Counted from the first letter of the stretch, positions 45,713 through 56,344 are shown. The stretch: 64,000 bases of DNA from Patescibacteria group bacterium (GCA_041659765.1 JBAZXR010000001.1:723338-787337); one strand, 5' to 3'. Notes: generated by a model not told the origin, from the sequence alone. Program-made: numbers and translations.

Positions 45713-46681
45713 ATGCTAGATTTGATCTCGGTTGGCGATGTGAAGCTTGATACGTTTATTGTCATCCATGATGCCAGCGTGAAGTGCGAGCTAAAAATGC
45801 CGGACTGTAAACTTTGTCTGGCATACGGCGAAAAGATTCCGGTCGAAGCCTTTGTCACCCAGATTGCGGGCAGCGCTCCGAATGTGGCTGTAGGGGCGGC
45901 CAGGATGGGTTTATCCACCAGCGTCTTGAGCCACATGGGTGAAGACGACGTATACAACCAGGCGCTACATTTCCTTTCGAAAAATAAGGTCGACTCCTCG
46001 AACATTAAAACCAAAAAAAATATCCGCTCAAGTGCGGCCGTAGTACTCAACTTTAAAGGTGAGTCAACTCAGCTCGTGGACTTCGTGCCACAGGAATATC
46101 ACTTGCCAGCTAAGATTTTAGCCACTAATTTTCTACATATTTGCGAGGTGGGAGATGGCTATGAGCATCTTTATAAAGATGCCGTTCTTCAGGCCAAAAA
46201 AGGAATCCGCATCAGTTTGAATCCTGGAGCTATCCAGATTAAAGAGAAAAAACGCGAACTTTTTGATCTCCTCGCGACCTGCGAAGTATTGTTCGTCAAT
46301 CAGAGCGAAGCCCGTGTTCTCTTAGAAAAAGAGGGTGATACCATCCACGGTATTATGGCTATGCTGAAAGCTCTTGGACCAAAATACGTCGTTGTCACAG
46401 ACGGCCCGCAGGGCGCATATGCATTTGACGGCAAGCAGCTGAACGTAGTCCCAGCCTTTCCTGGAACCATGAAGGAAGCAACTGGCGCTGGCGATGCCTT
46501 TGCAACCGGATTCCTAGGTGCGCTCATCAAAGGAAAAACGCATCGCGAGGCTCTCCGCTGGGGGTCGGTTAACTCGGCCTCCGTCATTGAACATGTTGGT
46601 CCTACCCTTGGCCTACTCACGCATACGGAAATCGCTAAACGCCTAAGAGCGCATCCAAGCTTTCAAACTAAAGAGTTGTAG
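45713..46681 (+). CDS. PfkB-family carbohydrate kinase
   Basis: GSAPNVA, NPG, VVTDG, TGAGDAF. Confidence 0.92.
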   Translation: MLDLISVGDVKLDTFIVIHDASVKCELKMPDCKLCLAYGEKIPVEAFVTQIAGSAPNVAVGAARMGLSTSVLSHMGEDDVYNQALHFLSKNKVDSSNIKTKKNIRSSAAVVLNFKGESTQLVDFVPQEYHLPAKILATNFLHICEVGDGYEHLYKDAVLQAKKGIRISLNPGAIQIKEKKRELFDLLATCEVLFVNQSEARVLLEKEGDTIHGIMAMLKALGPKYVVVTDGPQGAYAFDGKQLNVVPAFPGTMKEATGAGDAFATGFLGALIKGKTHREALRWGSVNSASVIEHVGPTLGLLTHTEIAKRLRAHPSFQTKEL

Positions 46682-46687
46682 AGTGAT

Positions 46688-47518
46688 ATGCATTTCCCCC
46701 TCTTCATCTTGCCGTTTGATCACCGCTCGGGATTTGCGAAGGAAATTTTCGGCAAGCCATATCCGCTCAAGGGTAAGGACATCGTTACGGCGAAGGCATT
46801 AAAGACGGTCGTCTGGGAGGCCGTGCAATTGGCTTTTGATGAAGCGAGTGAAGCAGGGACGCCAGGCGTTTTGGTTGACGAAGAACTTGGGGCGCAAGTT
46901 ATTTCAGAGGCTAAAGCAAAAGGTATCGTTCATATAGTTTCAACGGAAAAGAGCGGCTCGACCCTAGAATTTATTCATGGGGATGAGTTCGACAAAGCTC
47001 TGCTCGAGGTAAAGCCAACGTATGCAAAAGTGTTAATTCGCTACAACGTGGGCGAAGAAACAGTAAACGAACCACAGCGCGAAAAACTGCAGCGTCTGTC
47101 AGACTTTTGTCGGCAAAGCGGCATCCCCCTCATGCTCGAAGTCCTGACAAAGGCAACGCCGATAGACCCCGATCCTGTTATTGCCGCAGTCAAAGAACTT
47201 TTGAAACATAAAATTGTTCCGGCTATTTGGAAACTGGAAGGATTCTCGTCCGTCGAGTCCTGGCACAAGCTCGCAGAGGCAACAAGCATCCCCGTGATCA
47301 TGCTTGGCCGAGGAGAATCCGCGAGCGCGGTTGAATCATGGACAAAGGCAGCTGCACAAAGCGGTGTAGTCAGCGGATTTGCCATTGGCCGAACCATCTT
47401 CCTAGACGCACTCAAGAAATATCACAACGAAGAATGTTCCCGGGAAGATGCAGTCAAGGAAATCGCCAAAAACTATCTTCATTTCATTGATGTTTGGAAA
47501 CGGAATGCCGCGGTGTAG
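46688..47518 (+). CDS. DUF2090 class I aldolase-like protein
   Basis: LPFDHR, LVDEE.G, EKSG, WKLEG, LGRG, GFAIGRTIF. Confidence 0.85.
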   Translation: MHFPLFILPFDHRSGFAKEIFGKPYPLKGKDIVTAKALKTVVWEAVQLAFDEASEAGTPGVLVDEELGAQVISEAKAKGIVHIVSTEKSGSTLEFIHGDEFDKALLEVKPTYAKVLIRYNVGEETVNEPQREKLQRLSDFCRQSGIPLMLEVLTKATPIDPDPVIAAVKELLKHKIVPAIWKLEGFSSVESWHKLAEATSIPVIMLGRGESASAVESWTKAAAQSGVVSGFAIGRTIFLDALKKYHNEECSREDAVKEIAKNYLHFIDVWKRNAAV

Positions 47519-47529
47519 AATGGGAGCAT

Positions 47530-48504
47530 ATGTACGACATCATTACGATCGGCTCTGCAGTTCGGGATGTTTTTTTACTATCCAAATCGTTCCAACTCAT
47601 CAAATCCGATAAATTTTCCACCGGAGTCGGTGAATGTGTTGCGCTTGGAGAGAAAATCGACGTCGAACAGCTCGTACTATCAACTGGGGGCGGGGCTACC
47701 AATGCTGCCGTGACCTTCGCTAATCTTGGATTTTTGACGGCTATTGTTTCTCGAGTAGGGCTAGACGAACCCGGCGACGATGTATTGCGCGATCTGGCAC
47801 GCTATAAAGTCGACACGAGCCTGGTAAAGCGCATCAAAGGCGGTCAGACGGCCTACAGCACGCTTTTAACAGCCCCTAACGGCGAACGAACCGCCCTGGT
47901 GCACCGTGGCGTATCGTCCGAGTTTGCCTTGGCCGATGTCCCGTTCAAAACTCTCGCCACAAAGTGGTATTACGTGTCTTCCCTGTCCGGAAACGTCGCA
48001 TTGCTTGCAAAAATCATCAGCCATGCCCAAAAAACAGGCGCGAAAATTGCCGTGAACCCCGGCGGCGGTGAGCTTCTCAAAGCTTCTGAGCTTAGAGCGC
48101 TCTTGAAAGACGTTGATGTACTCCTCGTGAACCTAGAAGAAGCGCAGAAGCTCACCGGACTATCGACGAAAGACGGAAAAGAGTTAGCCGCAAAGTTATC
48201 GAGTGAAACCACGCTGGCGGTCGTCACCGACGGACCTCGAGGGGCCTACGCATCCTTCAGTAAAGTTCGGTACTCCGCGCGCAACCGCAATGTCCCATCA
48301 ATCTCGCGCACCGGCGCAGGCGACGCTTTCGGCTCCGGAGTAGTCGCGGCACTCGCTAAAGGCATGTCGGTCGAAGACGCGCTCAAAGTCGGCACGCTGA
48401 ACGCGGAAAGCGTCATTCAGCACATTGGCGCAAAGGCCGGCATCATGGCCAAGTGGCCAAACAAGAAACTTCTAGACGAAATCCGTGTTTTCGTTTCAAA
48501 ATAG
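47530..48504 (+). CDS. PfkB-family carbohydrate kinase
   Basis: GGGATNAA, NPG, VTDG, TGAGDAFGSG. Confidence 0.92.
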   Translation: MYDIITIGSAVRDVFLLSKSFQLIKSDKFSTGVGECVALGEKIDVEQLVLSTGGGATNAAVTFANLGFLTAIVSRVGLDEPGDDVLRDLARYKVDTSLVKRIKGGQTAYSTLLTAPNGERTALVHRGVSSEFALADVPFKTLATKWYYVSSLSGNVALLAKIISHAQKTGAKIAVNPGGGELLKASELRALLKDVDVLLVNLEEAQKLTGLSTKDGKELAAKLSSETTLAVVTDGPRGAYASFSKVRYSARNRNVPSISRTGAGDAFGSGVVAALAKGMSVEDALKVGTLNAESVIQHIGAKAGIMAKWPNKKLLDEIRVFVSK

Positions 48505-48520
48505 CGTATACTTTAGGTAT

Positions 48521-48688
48521 ATGGCAGAACAAAATAAACGCAAAGGCTGGGCAATAATGTTTTTGCTGTGGAATTTAGGTTTACTTATTGCCGTCATTGT
48601 CCTACTCGTGCAGCTCTATCAGACCAGAGTTGATACGAAAACTATAGCTAAAGCTTGTGCCGAAGCGGCAGTCGCCGCCATAAAGTAA
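48521..48688 (+). CDS. Small single-TM protein
   Basis: 55 aa; -10 TATACT immediately upstream. Confidence 0.5.
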   Translation: MAEQNKRKGWAIMFLLWNLGLLIAVIVLLVQLYQTRVDTKTIAKACAEAAVAAIK

Positions 48689-48718
48689 GGGTTTGGCGTC
48701 GCCAAACCCATACACCAT

Positions 48719-49450
48719 ATGCCTACCCCATCAAGAACCCCGGTACTCGTGCTCTCGCTCATCTTCACGATATTGTGCTTGTCCATGGCCGCTATTGCGC
48801 TCATCATTTACTTCAACGCCAACCGCCCAGACTCCGCCGCTATTGCCGCAGCCTGTAAGAGCGAGGTGGGCGCCGCAATCAAGACGGAATCTGACAAAGT
48901 AGCTAAGGCGTGTGAAGAAAAAGAAGCTGTGACTGTCTCTAAAACGGTGGATGGCAATGCCAATCATCCCGGCTTTAAGTACCCAGAAAATATTCAGGTA
49001 ACGGGCGAGATTCAACGCGAAATAAGTGGAAATCGTTTTTCTATTGGCATGTATCCAAACGCTCCAATCTTTGAATGCTCGGAATGTGACGGAGGGCCAA
49101 CGGCCGCAATTCGTATCCAAAAGACACCAACGGCTCTCCTCCTAAAGACTGGCGAGACACTTACTACGCATATTCTCTCGATATACCCAGCTAGCGGAAC
49201 CTTCTATCGAAACATTGCCACTAAACAGGAAACGATCAATGGACAGGTTGCAACGGTAGTAACGGCTGAGTATGACGACGACTTCTTTAGCGAGAAGAAC
49301 GTGAAGATTGAACATATTTTCGTACAAAAAGGAGCCAGCACTGTTGAAGTTAAATACGTGCAGTACCAAAATACGAGGTTCGTAGACTACATCGCGCCCA
49401 GCGTTTGGCAGACCGTCCGTGCATCACTCGACTTCTCAAAAATTGAATAG
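48719..49450 (+). CDS. Membrane-anchored hypothetical protein
   Basis: N-terminal TM; F.YP motif typical of CPR PsbP-like surface proteins. Confidence 0.6.
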   Translation: MPTPSRTPVLVLSLIFTILCLSMAAIALIIYFNANRPDSAAIAAACKSEVGAAIKTESDKVAKACEEKEAVTVSKTVDGNANHPGFKYPENIQVTGEIQREISGNRFSIGMYPNAPIFECSECDGGPTAAIRIQKTPTALLLKTGETLTTHILSIYPASGTFYRNIATKQETINGQVATVVTAEYDDDFFSEKNVKIEHIFVQKGASTVEVKYVQYQNTRFVDYIAPSVWQTVRASLDFSKIE

Positions 49451-49453
49451 TTT

Positions 49454-50443
49454 ATGACCAAAATCTTCGTGACGCGTGATATTCCGGATGAAGGCTTGAA
49501 AATGTTACGCGCGAGGGCGGACATTGAGGTCAAAGTATACGAGGAAAACAAAAATATCCCGGTTGGCGTTCTTAAAGCGAACGTAAAAGGCGTCGACATC
49601 ATCCTTGCGCTCCTAACCGATAAGATCGATGACTCTGTCATGCGCGCCGCGGGTAAACAGCTCAAAATGATTGCTAATTACGCGGTTGGGTTCGATAATA
49701 TTGACCTTGAAGCTGCCAAGAAGCGCGGGATCATGGTCACGAACGCTCGTGCACCGGAAGTTTCAGAAACGGTGGCCGAGCATACCATCGCGCTCATCTT
49801 TGCCCTCGCCCATAGGATTGTCGAAACCGATGATTTTACGCGCGCCGGTAAATACAAAGGCTGGGGACCAAAGATGTTCCTAGGGGTAGACATTGCCGGC
49901 AAGACGCTCGGCATTATTGGCGGCGGAGCTATTGGTGAAGCACTCGCCAAGCGGATGCACAGCGGATTCGGGGTAAAAATCATCTATAACGACATCAAGC
50001 CAAACGAAAAATTCGAAAAAGAATTTGGCGCGACATTCATGGAGAAAGACGAGCTCCTGAAACATGCAGATTTTGTCTCGCTCCACGTTCCTCTGCTCCC
50101 ATCGACCCGTCATTTGATCGGCGAGCGGGAGCTGAAGCTCATGAAGAAGACCGCCTACTTGCTTAATACCTCGCGAGGTCCCATTGTCGACGAGAAAGCA
50201 CTCACCGTCGCCCTGGCACATGGCGATATTGCAGGAGCAGGACTGGACGTTTACGAATGTGAACCGTTAATCGACTGCGATCCGACCGATACCTACGAAC
50301 TCCGCAAACTTCCGAATGTTGTCCTCACGCCGCACACAGCGAGCGCGAGTATCGAGGCCCGCCAGGCCATGAGCCGGGCCGCCGCAGAGAACATTCTCGC
50401 ATTCCTGGACGGAAAAACCCCACCGAACGCCGTAAAGGGATAA
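49454..50443 (+). CDS. D-isomer-specific 2-hydroxyacid (D-glycerate/glyoxylate) dehydrogenase
   Basis: AVGFDNID, GGGAIG, LHVPL, NTSRG, LDVYE.EP, TPH.AS. Confidence 0.93.
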   Translation: MTKIFVTRDIPDEGLKMLRARADIEVKVYEENKNIPVGVLKANVKGVDIILALLTDKIDDSVMRAAGKQLKMIANYAVGFDNIDLEAAKKRGIMVTNARAPEVSETVAEHTIALIFALAHRIVETDDFTRAGKYKGWGPKMFLGVDIAGKTLGIIGGGAIGEALAKRMHSGFGVKIIYNDIKPNEKFEKEFGATFMEKDELLKHADFVSLHVPLLPSTRHLIGERELKLMKKTAYLLNTSRGPIVDEKALTVALAHGDIAGAGLDVYECEPLIDCDPTDTYELRKLPNVVLTPHTASASIEARQAMSRAAAENILAFLDGKTPPNAVKG

Positions 50444-50562
50444 AAAGAAGCCGCCGAAAAGGCGGTTTTTCTTTCGGTGGATAACCCGGGGATATCCTTT
50501 TTCCCCTGATGCACCGAGTGCCGTAGCATAGTGGTGGTATTCACTCTTTTCAGAGGTGACTC

Positions 50563-51474
50563 GTGGACATTCAAGGACTGACCAATTTTGGTACCAAGCA
50601 GGGATACGAACTTCTTCGCACACAAGGTGGCCTGACCAGCTGCCGGCTCGAGTGCCGAGATGATGCAGAGAAGGTGGCGGATGGACTCAAACGTCTCATC
50701 ATCGCCCCACCGGAAGAACAGCGCAGATGGCGTTGGGACACGCCGGAGGATATTCCGCGGAGTATCCCAGAGGAACGCCGCCAGGAACTCATCGAGGTCA
50801 TGTTCCATCAGGGACAGTGCGATCTCGGACTCATGCGCCGTGAAAATGAAGTGAACAAGGAGACCGGTGAACCGCAGGATCCCAAGTGGCTCTTCCACTA
50901 CAAAGTGCAGCTGCACGAAGTGCTCGCGGCCAGCGGCGCAAACATGGAGGAGTATGGCGAGCTTCTTCACGCCGCGGACAGGCTCCTCACAAAGGGGCGC
51001 GCGCTCTGGGACCTGGCCATGGATACGTTCGAGATTCTGCACCCGAATTCGGCCATGGTGCTCCGCTGCGCGCTCTATGACCCGCCGTCAGCTCCAAGCA
51101 AGGTCGGGGCGCAGTGCCACTGGGACCGCAACGACGGCACGATTCACTTCGCGGACAGCAAGGCCGGTCTTCTCGTGCCAAAGAAGGAGGACTACCAAGT
51201 CAATGAACCGCAGATGACGGTTCTCGGCCGCGCGTCAGATGATCTCGTCTACCTATTCGTATCCGCCAAGCTGGCCTACCTGGACCCCCAACGGTTCAAT
51301 CCCGTATGGCATGGCGGCATGAACGCGGACGTGGGAGAAAGCCGCTGGGCGATCATCGGCTTCTACCACTTGAACGAACATTCGTACCTTCCGCCGGAAT
51401 TCCGCGGCAAAACTAGGGATCCCGTCTGCAAGTGGATCCGTGAAGCAAGCCGCGTTCCCGTCTCGTCGCGTTAG
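50563..51474 (+). CDS. 2OG-Fe(II) oxygenase superfamily protein
   Basis: H-W-D...WH...R-W-A facial triad and 2OG-binding Arg; GAGGTG SD before GTG. Confidence 0.6.
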   Translation: MDIQGLTNFGTKQGYELLRTQGGLTSCRLECRDDAEKVADGLKRLIIAPPEEQRRWRWDTPEDIPRSIPEERRQELIEVMFHQGQCDLGLMRRENEVNKETGEPQDPKWLFHYKVQLHEVLAASGANMEEYGELLHAADRLLTKGRALWDLAMDTFEILHPNSAMVLRCALYDPPSAPSKVGAQCHWDRNDGTIHFADSKAGLLVPKKEDYQVNEPQMTVLGRASDDLVYLFVSAKLAYLDPQRFNPVWHGGMNADVGESRWAIIGFYHLNEHSYLPPEFRGKTRDPVCKWIREASRVPVSSR

Positions 51475-51535
51475 CACGAACGCAAAAATCCCCGCCCGCG
51501 GTACGCCGCTGACGGGGATGCTCTTTTAAAGACGT

Positions 51536-51964
51536 TCACTCCTTCACGGGAGCCGGAACATCTGAATGCACGACTTCTGGTTCGGGAAGTCTCCGCAGGC
51601 GCCGGTAGAGGCGCTGAGCGCAAGCCCCGATGCGGGATGCGATGGCTTTGGCGTGGGCAACCCACTCCACCTTCTGCGCCCGACGCACGAGCTCGAGTGC
51701 CGCCAAGAGGCCTGCGCCGTCGATGATCGCTCCGTCGATGAAGACAAGCGGCACGTCGACCAGCTTAACCAGATACACGAGGCCCGGAACGGACTCGGCG
51801 GCATCCTGCGCGAGTGTAAGTGTGGTAGAGGCCACGAGCATGAGGGCGAGCGCCCAAGTGGGCATCCCCTGCACCGCAGAGAAGATCCAGCTGGCAATGC
51901 CGGCCTTGATCTCTGTAACGGCTTCCTTCAGCTCTTCTTTCTTATCCTTGATTTCGTCTTGCAT
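51536..51964 (-). CDS. Orphan membrane protein
   Basis: Promoter TTGACT-N17-TATACT, GAGGAGG SD. Confidence 0.6.
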   Translation of the reverse strand: MQDEIKDKKEELKEAVTEIKAGIASWIFSAVQGMPTWALALMLVASTTLTLAQDAAESVPGLVYLVKLVDVPLVFIDGAIIDGAGLLAALELVRRAQKVEWVAHAKAIASRIGACAQRLYRRLRRLPEPEVVHSDVPAPVKE

Positions 51965-52076
51965 AAGCATCCTCCTCTAGGGTTTCTCAGACCTTGTAGT
52001 ATAGCAGAAAAATGGCAAAAAGTCAATGAAATTAGCGTTAAAATACAAAAAAACACCCATATTCTGGATGTTTGTT

Positions 52077-52152
52077 TGGTGGACTGACGGGGACTCGAAC
52101 CCCGGACCCTCTGCTTGCAAAGCAGATGCTCTACCAACTGAGCTATCAGCCC
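52077..52152 (-). tRNA. tRNA-Ala(TGC)
   Basis: GGGCTGATAGCTCAGTTGG...TCTGC-TT-TGC-AA-GCAGA...ACCA; G3:U70. Confidence 0.96.
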
Positions 52153-52208
52153 AAATACTCAAAAGCTAGGAAAGGATACTTAAAAGCGATAAATTGTGCA
52201 ACTTCCAA

Positions 52209-52778
52209 TTACTCCTCCCTAGCAAACCCCCAACCGTTCCATTTCCACACTCCTTTCGCCCTAGGAATACAGTTCGGCGCGTCAGCGTAATCCCCTTCGA
52301 CCGTCAGCAATTCGTTCTGCCCGTCGACATTGATATCCCTAACCTCGAAGGAACAATTGGGAGCCTCCAGGTTCGACGATTGCCAAATAGCCCTCATCTC
52401 GCCATTGACCAGATCAAAGACAAAAAAGTGATTCTTAACACTCATGTCATTTTCTTCTATCCAAAAAGGTTTCGAAGAACCGAAGTTTCCCGCTTTCCAA
52501 ACCGACAAACTTAGATCTGATGTCCCGTCATTGGTAACATCGGCGAGTGAAAAGTCGGTTACGCGCCACGCAGAATCAGACTGCCAAATCAACTTGTTCC
52601 GCACTCGAACATCGACGACCCCCTTATTAAGGGTGTATGTCTCACTTAAACTGTTACCGTCCAGGTCGGCGCTGGCGCCTCGACCACTAACAAAAACAAT
52701 CACCCCCGCGGCACCGATTGCCACCGCGAGGATGAGTCCAACTGTCATTATTCGGCTGAAGTGAAATCTTTTGTCCAT
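52209..52778 (-). CDS. Membrane-anchored protein with FG-GAP/VCBS-like repeats
   Basis: DVTNDG..DL, DINVDG.NEL, W.WNGWGF. Confidence 0.65.
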   Translation of the reverse strand: MDKRFHFSRIMTVGLILAVAIGAAGVIVFVSGRGASADLDGNSLSETYTLNKGVVDVRVRNKLIWQSDSAWRVTDFSLADVTNDGTSDLSLSVWKAGNFGSSKPFWIEENDMSVKNHFFVFDLVNGEMRAIWQSSNLEAPNCSFEVRDINVDGQNELLTVEGDYADAPNCIPRAKGVWKWNGWGFAREE

Positions 52779-54922
52779 GCTGGCTGAGGAGGAGCGTCTT
52801 GCGAGTTAATGAGATCGCGCCACTTTTCATCCGTTAGTCGGTCGCTCAAAGGCCACGGGAACTCATAGTATGAGAAGACACCGCCTTTGACTATCTTTTT
52901 AACGCCCTCAATTGTCATCACTACCAGGAGCTTAGACACGTGTCCGTTCCCAACCTCCAACACCTGGCCGTTTGGATCCGTGGCCACGTCAGCAATTACG
53001 GCAGCCGGGTTTTGGCTTAAGTAATTTCGTACTTCGTTATTCATTTCTGCCAACTTTTCCTTATTAATATCTAGCCAGAAATGCTCCAATTGCCCACCAT
53101 AAGTCCTAATAAGCTCGTAGTCAGCTTCGGTCAGCTTCTCGCCGTTTAATTCTTTGTTGGAAATCTCTTCGAGCATGGTGGCCAACGTCATCATCTTGGC
53201 CAAGTTGTCCTTTGAGGTAGAGTCGATAATACCGCGAGCCGACAAACCGTCAGAGGTCTTCTTGAGAAGTGAAGCTAGCTTGGCGTAAACCTCTGGGTAT
53301 GGCTCTACGTAGCCGCGATCATCCTTAACCACTATCTCTGGCCCACCGCCCATCTCCGAGTAAACCTGTTTAGCGTAAAGAATGGTGTCGTGCTTGAGCT
53401 CGGCCCAGCTGCCAAGGAACGCGCCGAGTGACTTACGCGTCCAGGCGTCCGTCTTCATGAAGGCCGGTAGCTTGGAGTTCGAGGAGCCGACCGCCAATAA
53501 TGGTCGAAGCGTATCAATCCAGCTCCAATAAAGGTTCTGAGTCCAGGTAGCGTTGTCGAGTCCGCCTAGGTATGTTCGGAGCTTATCCATGTTTTCTGTG
53601 TAGTGCTCCATCTTGGTATCGCCATTAGCCTCAAGGATGCTCAAGGCTTCTGCCGAGCCAAGCGCGGCTGGGATGTCTAGTCCATTCGGCAACATGCGTC
53701 CCGTAACTTCCCTATCGACCAACCGCTGGAAGATAGAGGCGTCGACGGTGAATCGCTGACCCATAAAACGGAAACCCTTCGTGGCCAAAGTTCGGTCTGG
53801 CGTGATCGACGAGTTAAAGATGGGAATTGAGTTCAGTTGAGGTGGGCGAAGGTCTTTCAGAGCTTCTTTGAGTGCAGTGAACCCAGTCGTGTTCGATGAA
53901 ATAGCGGACAGCGAAGCGCCCTTACCGTAGGCTTTTTCTACTGCCCCGATCATCTCCGTATAAGTAATGTCATCACTCTGGCCCACGAAGAAGACGGTTG
54001 GCTCATAAATCTTCTGCCAAGAAGCAGAATTATTCGCTTTTTGCAGAGCCAGCGTGGTCAAAACCGCCGAGCGGACTTCGTCATCATTCATGAACCGGAA
54101 ATTCATCCGGCCGTACCACATCATGGCCTTAAAATAGGCGGTAAGCTCGGGGCTCTTCGTGTAATGTCCACGGGCAATGTACTGGGAATAGTCCTCTCGT
54201 GACTTATCTATAGAAGGAGTGCTGGCGGGCACGCCCATATTCATCATGGGCGACTCCGCAATACCGTCATGCGCGTTGATTAACGCTAACTCTGCCTCCA
54301 CTTCCGTTTTCACACTCGCCGGAATGGACGACGAACCATCGAGCAAGCGGGCGCCGACCGTAAAGAAGGTTAGATTTCGTCGGGCTGAGTTTTCGAAAGA
54401 AGTTCCTTTAAGAGTAGCGAGGTTAGTCGTCGCTTCCTTTAGCATCGAGGCAGTCAGCGCTTTTACTTCGGCCAGTAAATACTTTTCTTCGGTCTTTTTT
54501 AGGAGATCGTCGAAAATTAAATGATAGTTATGCAAAAGTGAATCCGTGGTGACGAAACTGGGAGTATAGGAGTACCGATTAGCCTCATATAACGAAAAGA
54601 ATTCATCCTCGTAAGACGAGGCATCAACCACGAAGCCATTCTTGGCCAGAAGTGCGAGCGCGCTATCCGACAGAGTAAAGTCGCCTAAATTAGTGACATC
54701 AGCCAAAGCTTTCAAATCAGCTTCTCGGGTAGATGGGACTTCTGAAACAACGGGAACCTCCGCCACCTCGGCAATAGGCGTCGAGGGAGTAGGTTTGGTA
54801 CCTGGTGTTAACAGGATGAGACTGACAATTAGACCAACGGTTGTTGCCCCGAGCAGACTGAGCAAAATATACAACCGTTTGTGACTCGGCTTAGGCACTG
54901 TTTCCTCTGGTAATTGTGGCAT
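52748..54922 (-). CDS. DUF3160 domain protein
   Basis: FVTTDS.LH.YH, DYSQY..RGHY, YFKAMMWYGR, SWAELKHDTILYAKQ, RLTDE.W. Confidence 0.9.
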   Translation of the reverse strand: MPQLPEETVPKPSHKRLYILLSLLGATTVGLIVSLILLTPGTKPTPSTPIAEVAEVPVVSEVPSTREADLKALADVTNLGDFTLSDSALALLAKNGFVVDASSYEDEFFSLYEANRYSYTPSFVTTDSLLHNYHLIFDDLLKKTEEKYLLAEVKALTASMLKEATTNLATLKGTSFENSARRNLTFFTVGARLLDGSSSIPASVKTEVEAELALINAHDGIAESPMMNMGVPASTPSIDKSREDYSQYIARGHYTKSPELTAYFKAMMWYGRMNFRFMNDDEVRSAVLTTLALQKANNSASWQKIYEPTVFFVGQSDDITYTEMIGAVEKAYGKGASLSAISSNTTGFTALKEALKDLRPPQLNSIPIFNSSITPDRTLATKGFRFMGQRFTVDASIFQRLVDREVTGRMLPNGLDIPAALGSAEALSILEANGDTKMEHYTENMDKLRTYLGGLDNATWTQNLYWSWIDTLRPLLAVGSSNSKLPAFMKTDAWTRKSLGAFLGSWAELKHDTILYAKQVYSEMGGGPEIVVKDDRGYVEPYPEVYAKLASLLKKTSDGLSARGIIDSTSKDNLAKMMTLATMLEEISNKELNGEKLTEADYELIRTYGGQLEHFWLDINKEKLAEMNNEVRNYLSQNPAAVIADVATDPNGQVLEVGNGHVSKLLVVMTIEGVKKIVKGGVFSYYEFPWPLSDRLTDEKWRDLINSQDAPPQPAWTKDFTSAE

Positions 54923-54961
54923 ATTTTTTGAATACTGTATGATGCCGAGTATAACACTCTT

Positions 54962-56344
54962 ATGAAATCCACCGTTTTAGCCTTGGCTGGAATTAGCCTT
55001 CTTTTTTCCCCGCTCTCGGCTTTCGCTGCACACGGGAAAGCACCGAAAGTTACGCCTCCCCCAGCGGCGACCGAGTTAAAAATTTTCTCGCCCAGCGGAG
55101 ATCTAGTCACATCTTTTCTGCCCTTTGATAAGGCTGGAAATCTGGCTGGTAGCGTAGCGGTAGGCGATCTCGGTACTGATAAAATCAGCGAGATTATCGT
55201 TGGTGCTGGCGCAGGCAACAAGCCGCTTATTAGAACATTTCGGCTTGACGGCACGCTGATCAAAGAGTTTTCGGCTTATGGAAACGGGATGAAAAGCGGC
55301 GTAAATGCGGCCCTTTGTGATCTAAATGGCGACGGCCTAAACGACATCGTCACCGGCGCTTCTGTTGGCGGCGGCCCTCAGGTTCGAGTGTTCTCGTCTG
55401 AAGGTAAATTCATGGATCTTCAGTTCTTTGCCTATGATGAAAAGTTCCGTGGCGGAGTAAACATCGCTTGTGCTGACGTGGACGCGGACGGCAAGGCCGA
55501 CATTCTGACCGGCGCCGGTCCAGGAGGCGAAAAAACGATTAAAGTTTTTAGTTCAACTGGCACGTTAAAAAATACTATAACGGTCAGCAGTGGTCCGGAA
55601 AAATCCGGCACATACGTTTTTACCGCCAACCTCGACCAAGATGCAGAAAGCGAAATTGTGACGGCTCCGATGGCCAACGGGACGTTCGATTTGACCCTCG
55701 TCGACCTTACACCAGCCGGCTATATACAGAATGTTAAATCACTCAGCCAGACCTCGCCCAGTTACGGGCTCTCCATCACGGCAGACAAGCGGACGCTCAT
55801 TTACGTAAACGGTGCTTACTCGGCCAAGACGCAAGTTTCTAATCTCTTGAATGGGGCTACTTTTGTCCCCTTCGCCGACGCTACCGAGATTGCCCCGCGC
55901 CTCGGCGTCATTCCTGAAACCGGTAATATCGTGGCCCTAGGCGCGAAAAATGTTGTCCCACTGGATCCCGCCACCCAATCCATTAAAGTAGACATCTCCG
56001 AACAACGTCTGTACGCCTACACCAACAATGTCCTCACGAAAACTTTTCTGGTATCAACCGGAAAGCGCGGATATAACACGCCAATCGGTAAAACAACGAT
56101 CATGAAGAAGATTCCCATCATGAGCTACGTCTGGAACTACGGCCCGGGTAATCCAAACAACTACAACCTGCCCAACGTGAAGTGGAATATGCGCATTTTC
56201 CCGCATATCTACATTCACTCCGCCTACTGGCACAACAACTTCGGCCATCCTATGAGCCACGGCTGCATCAATACTTCTATTCCCGATGCCGATTGGATCT
56301 TCCACTGGGTTAGCGAAGGTACGTCAGTTGAGACGGTGCTATAA
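54962..56344 (+). CDS. L,D-transpeptidase with FG-GAP repeats
   Basis: G.G.GGGP.VR.F repeats; IHSAYWH...G...SHGCIN. Confidence 0.9.
   Translation: MKSTVLALAGISLLFSPLSAFAAHGKAPKVTPPPAATELKIFSPSGDLVTSFLPFDKAGNLAGSVAVGDLGTDKISEIIVGAGAGNKPLIRTFRLDGTLIKEFSAYGNGMKSGVNAALCDLNGDGLNDIVTGASVGGGPQVRVFSSEGKFMDLQFFAYDEKFRGGVNIACADVDADGKADILTGAGPGGEKTIKVFSSTGTLKNTITVSSGPEKSGTYVFTANLDQDAESEIVTAPMANGTFDLTLVDLTPAGYIQNVKSLSQTSPSYGLSITADKRTLIYVNGAYSAKTQVSNLLNGATFVPFADATEIAPRLGVIPETGNIVALGAKNVVPLDPATQSIKVDISEQRLYAYTNNVLTKTFLVSTGKRGYNTPIGKTTIMKKIPIMSYVWNYGPGNPNNYNLPNVKWNMRIFPHIYIHSAYWHNNFGHPMSHGCINTSIPDADWIFHWVSEGTSVETVL

Noticed and set aside
50293-51042. Long antisense ORFs (also 15607-16197, 16254-16967, 61843-62739, 29165-29875)
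   Set aside because: Shadow frames of GC-rich genes that have proper promoters or SDs on the opposite strand
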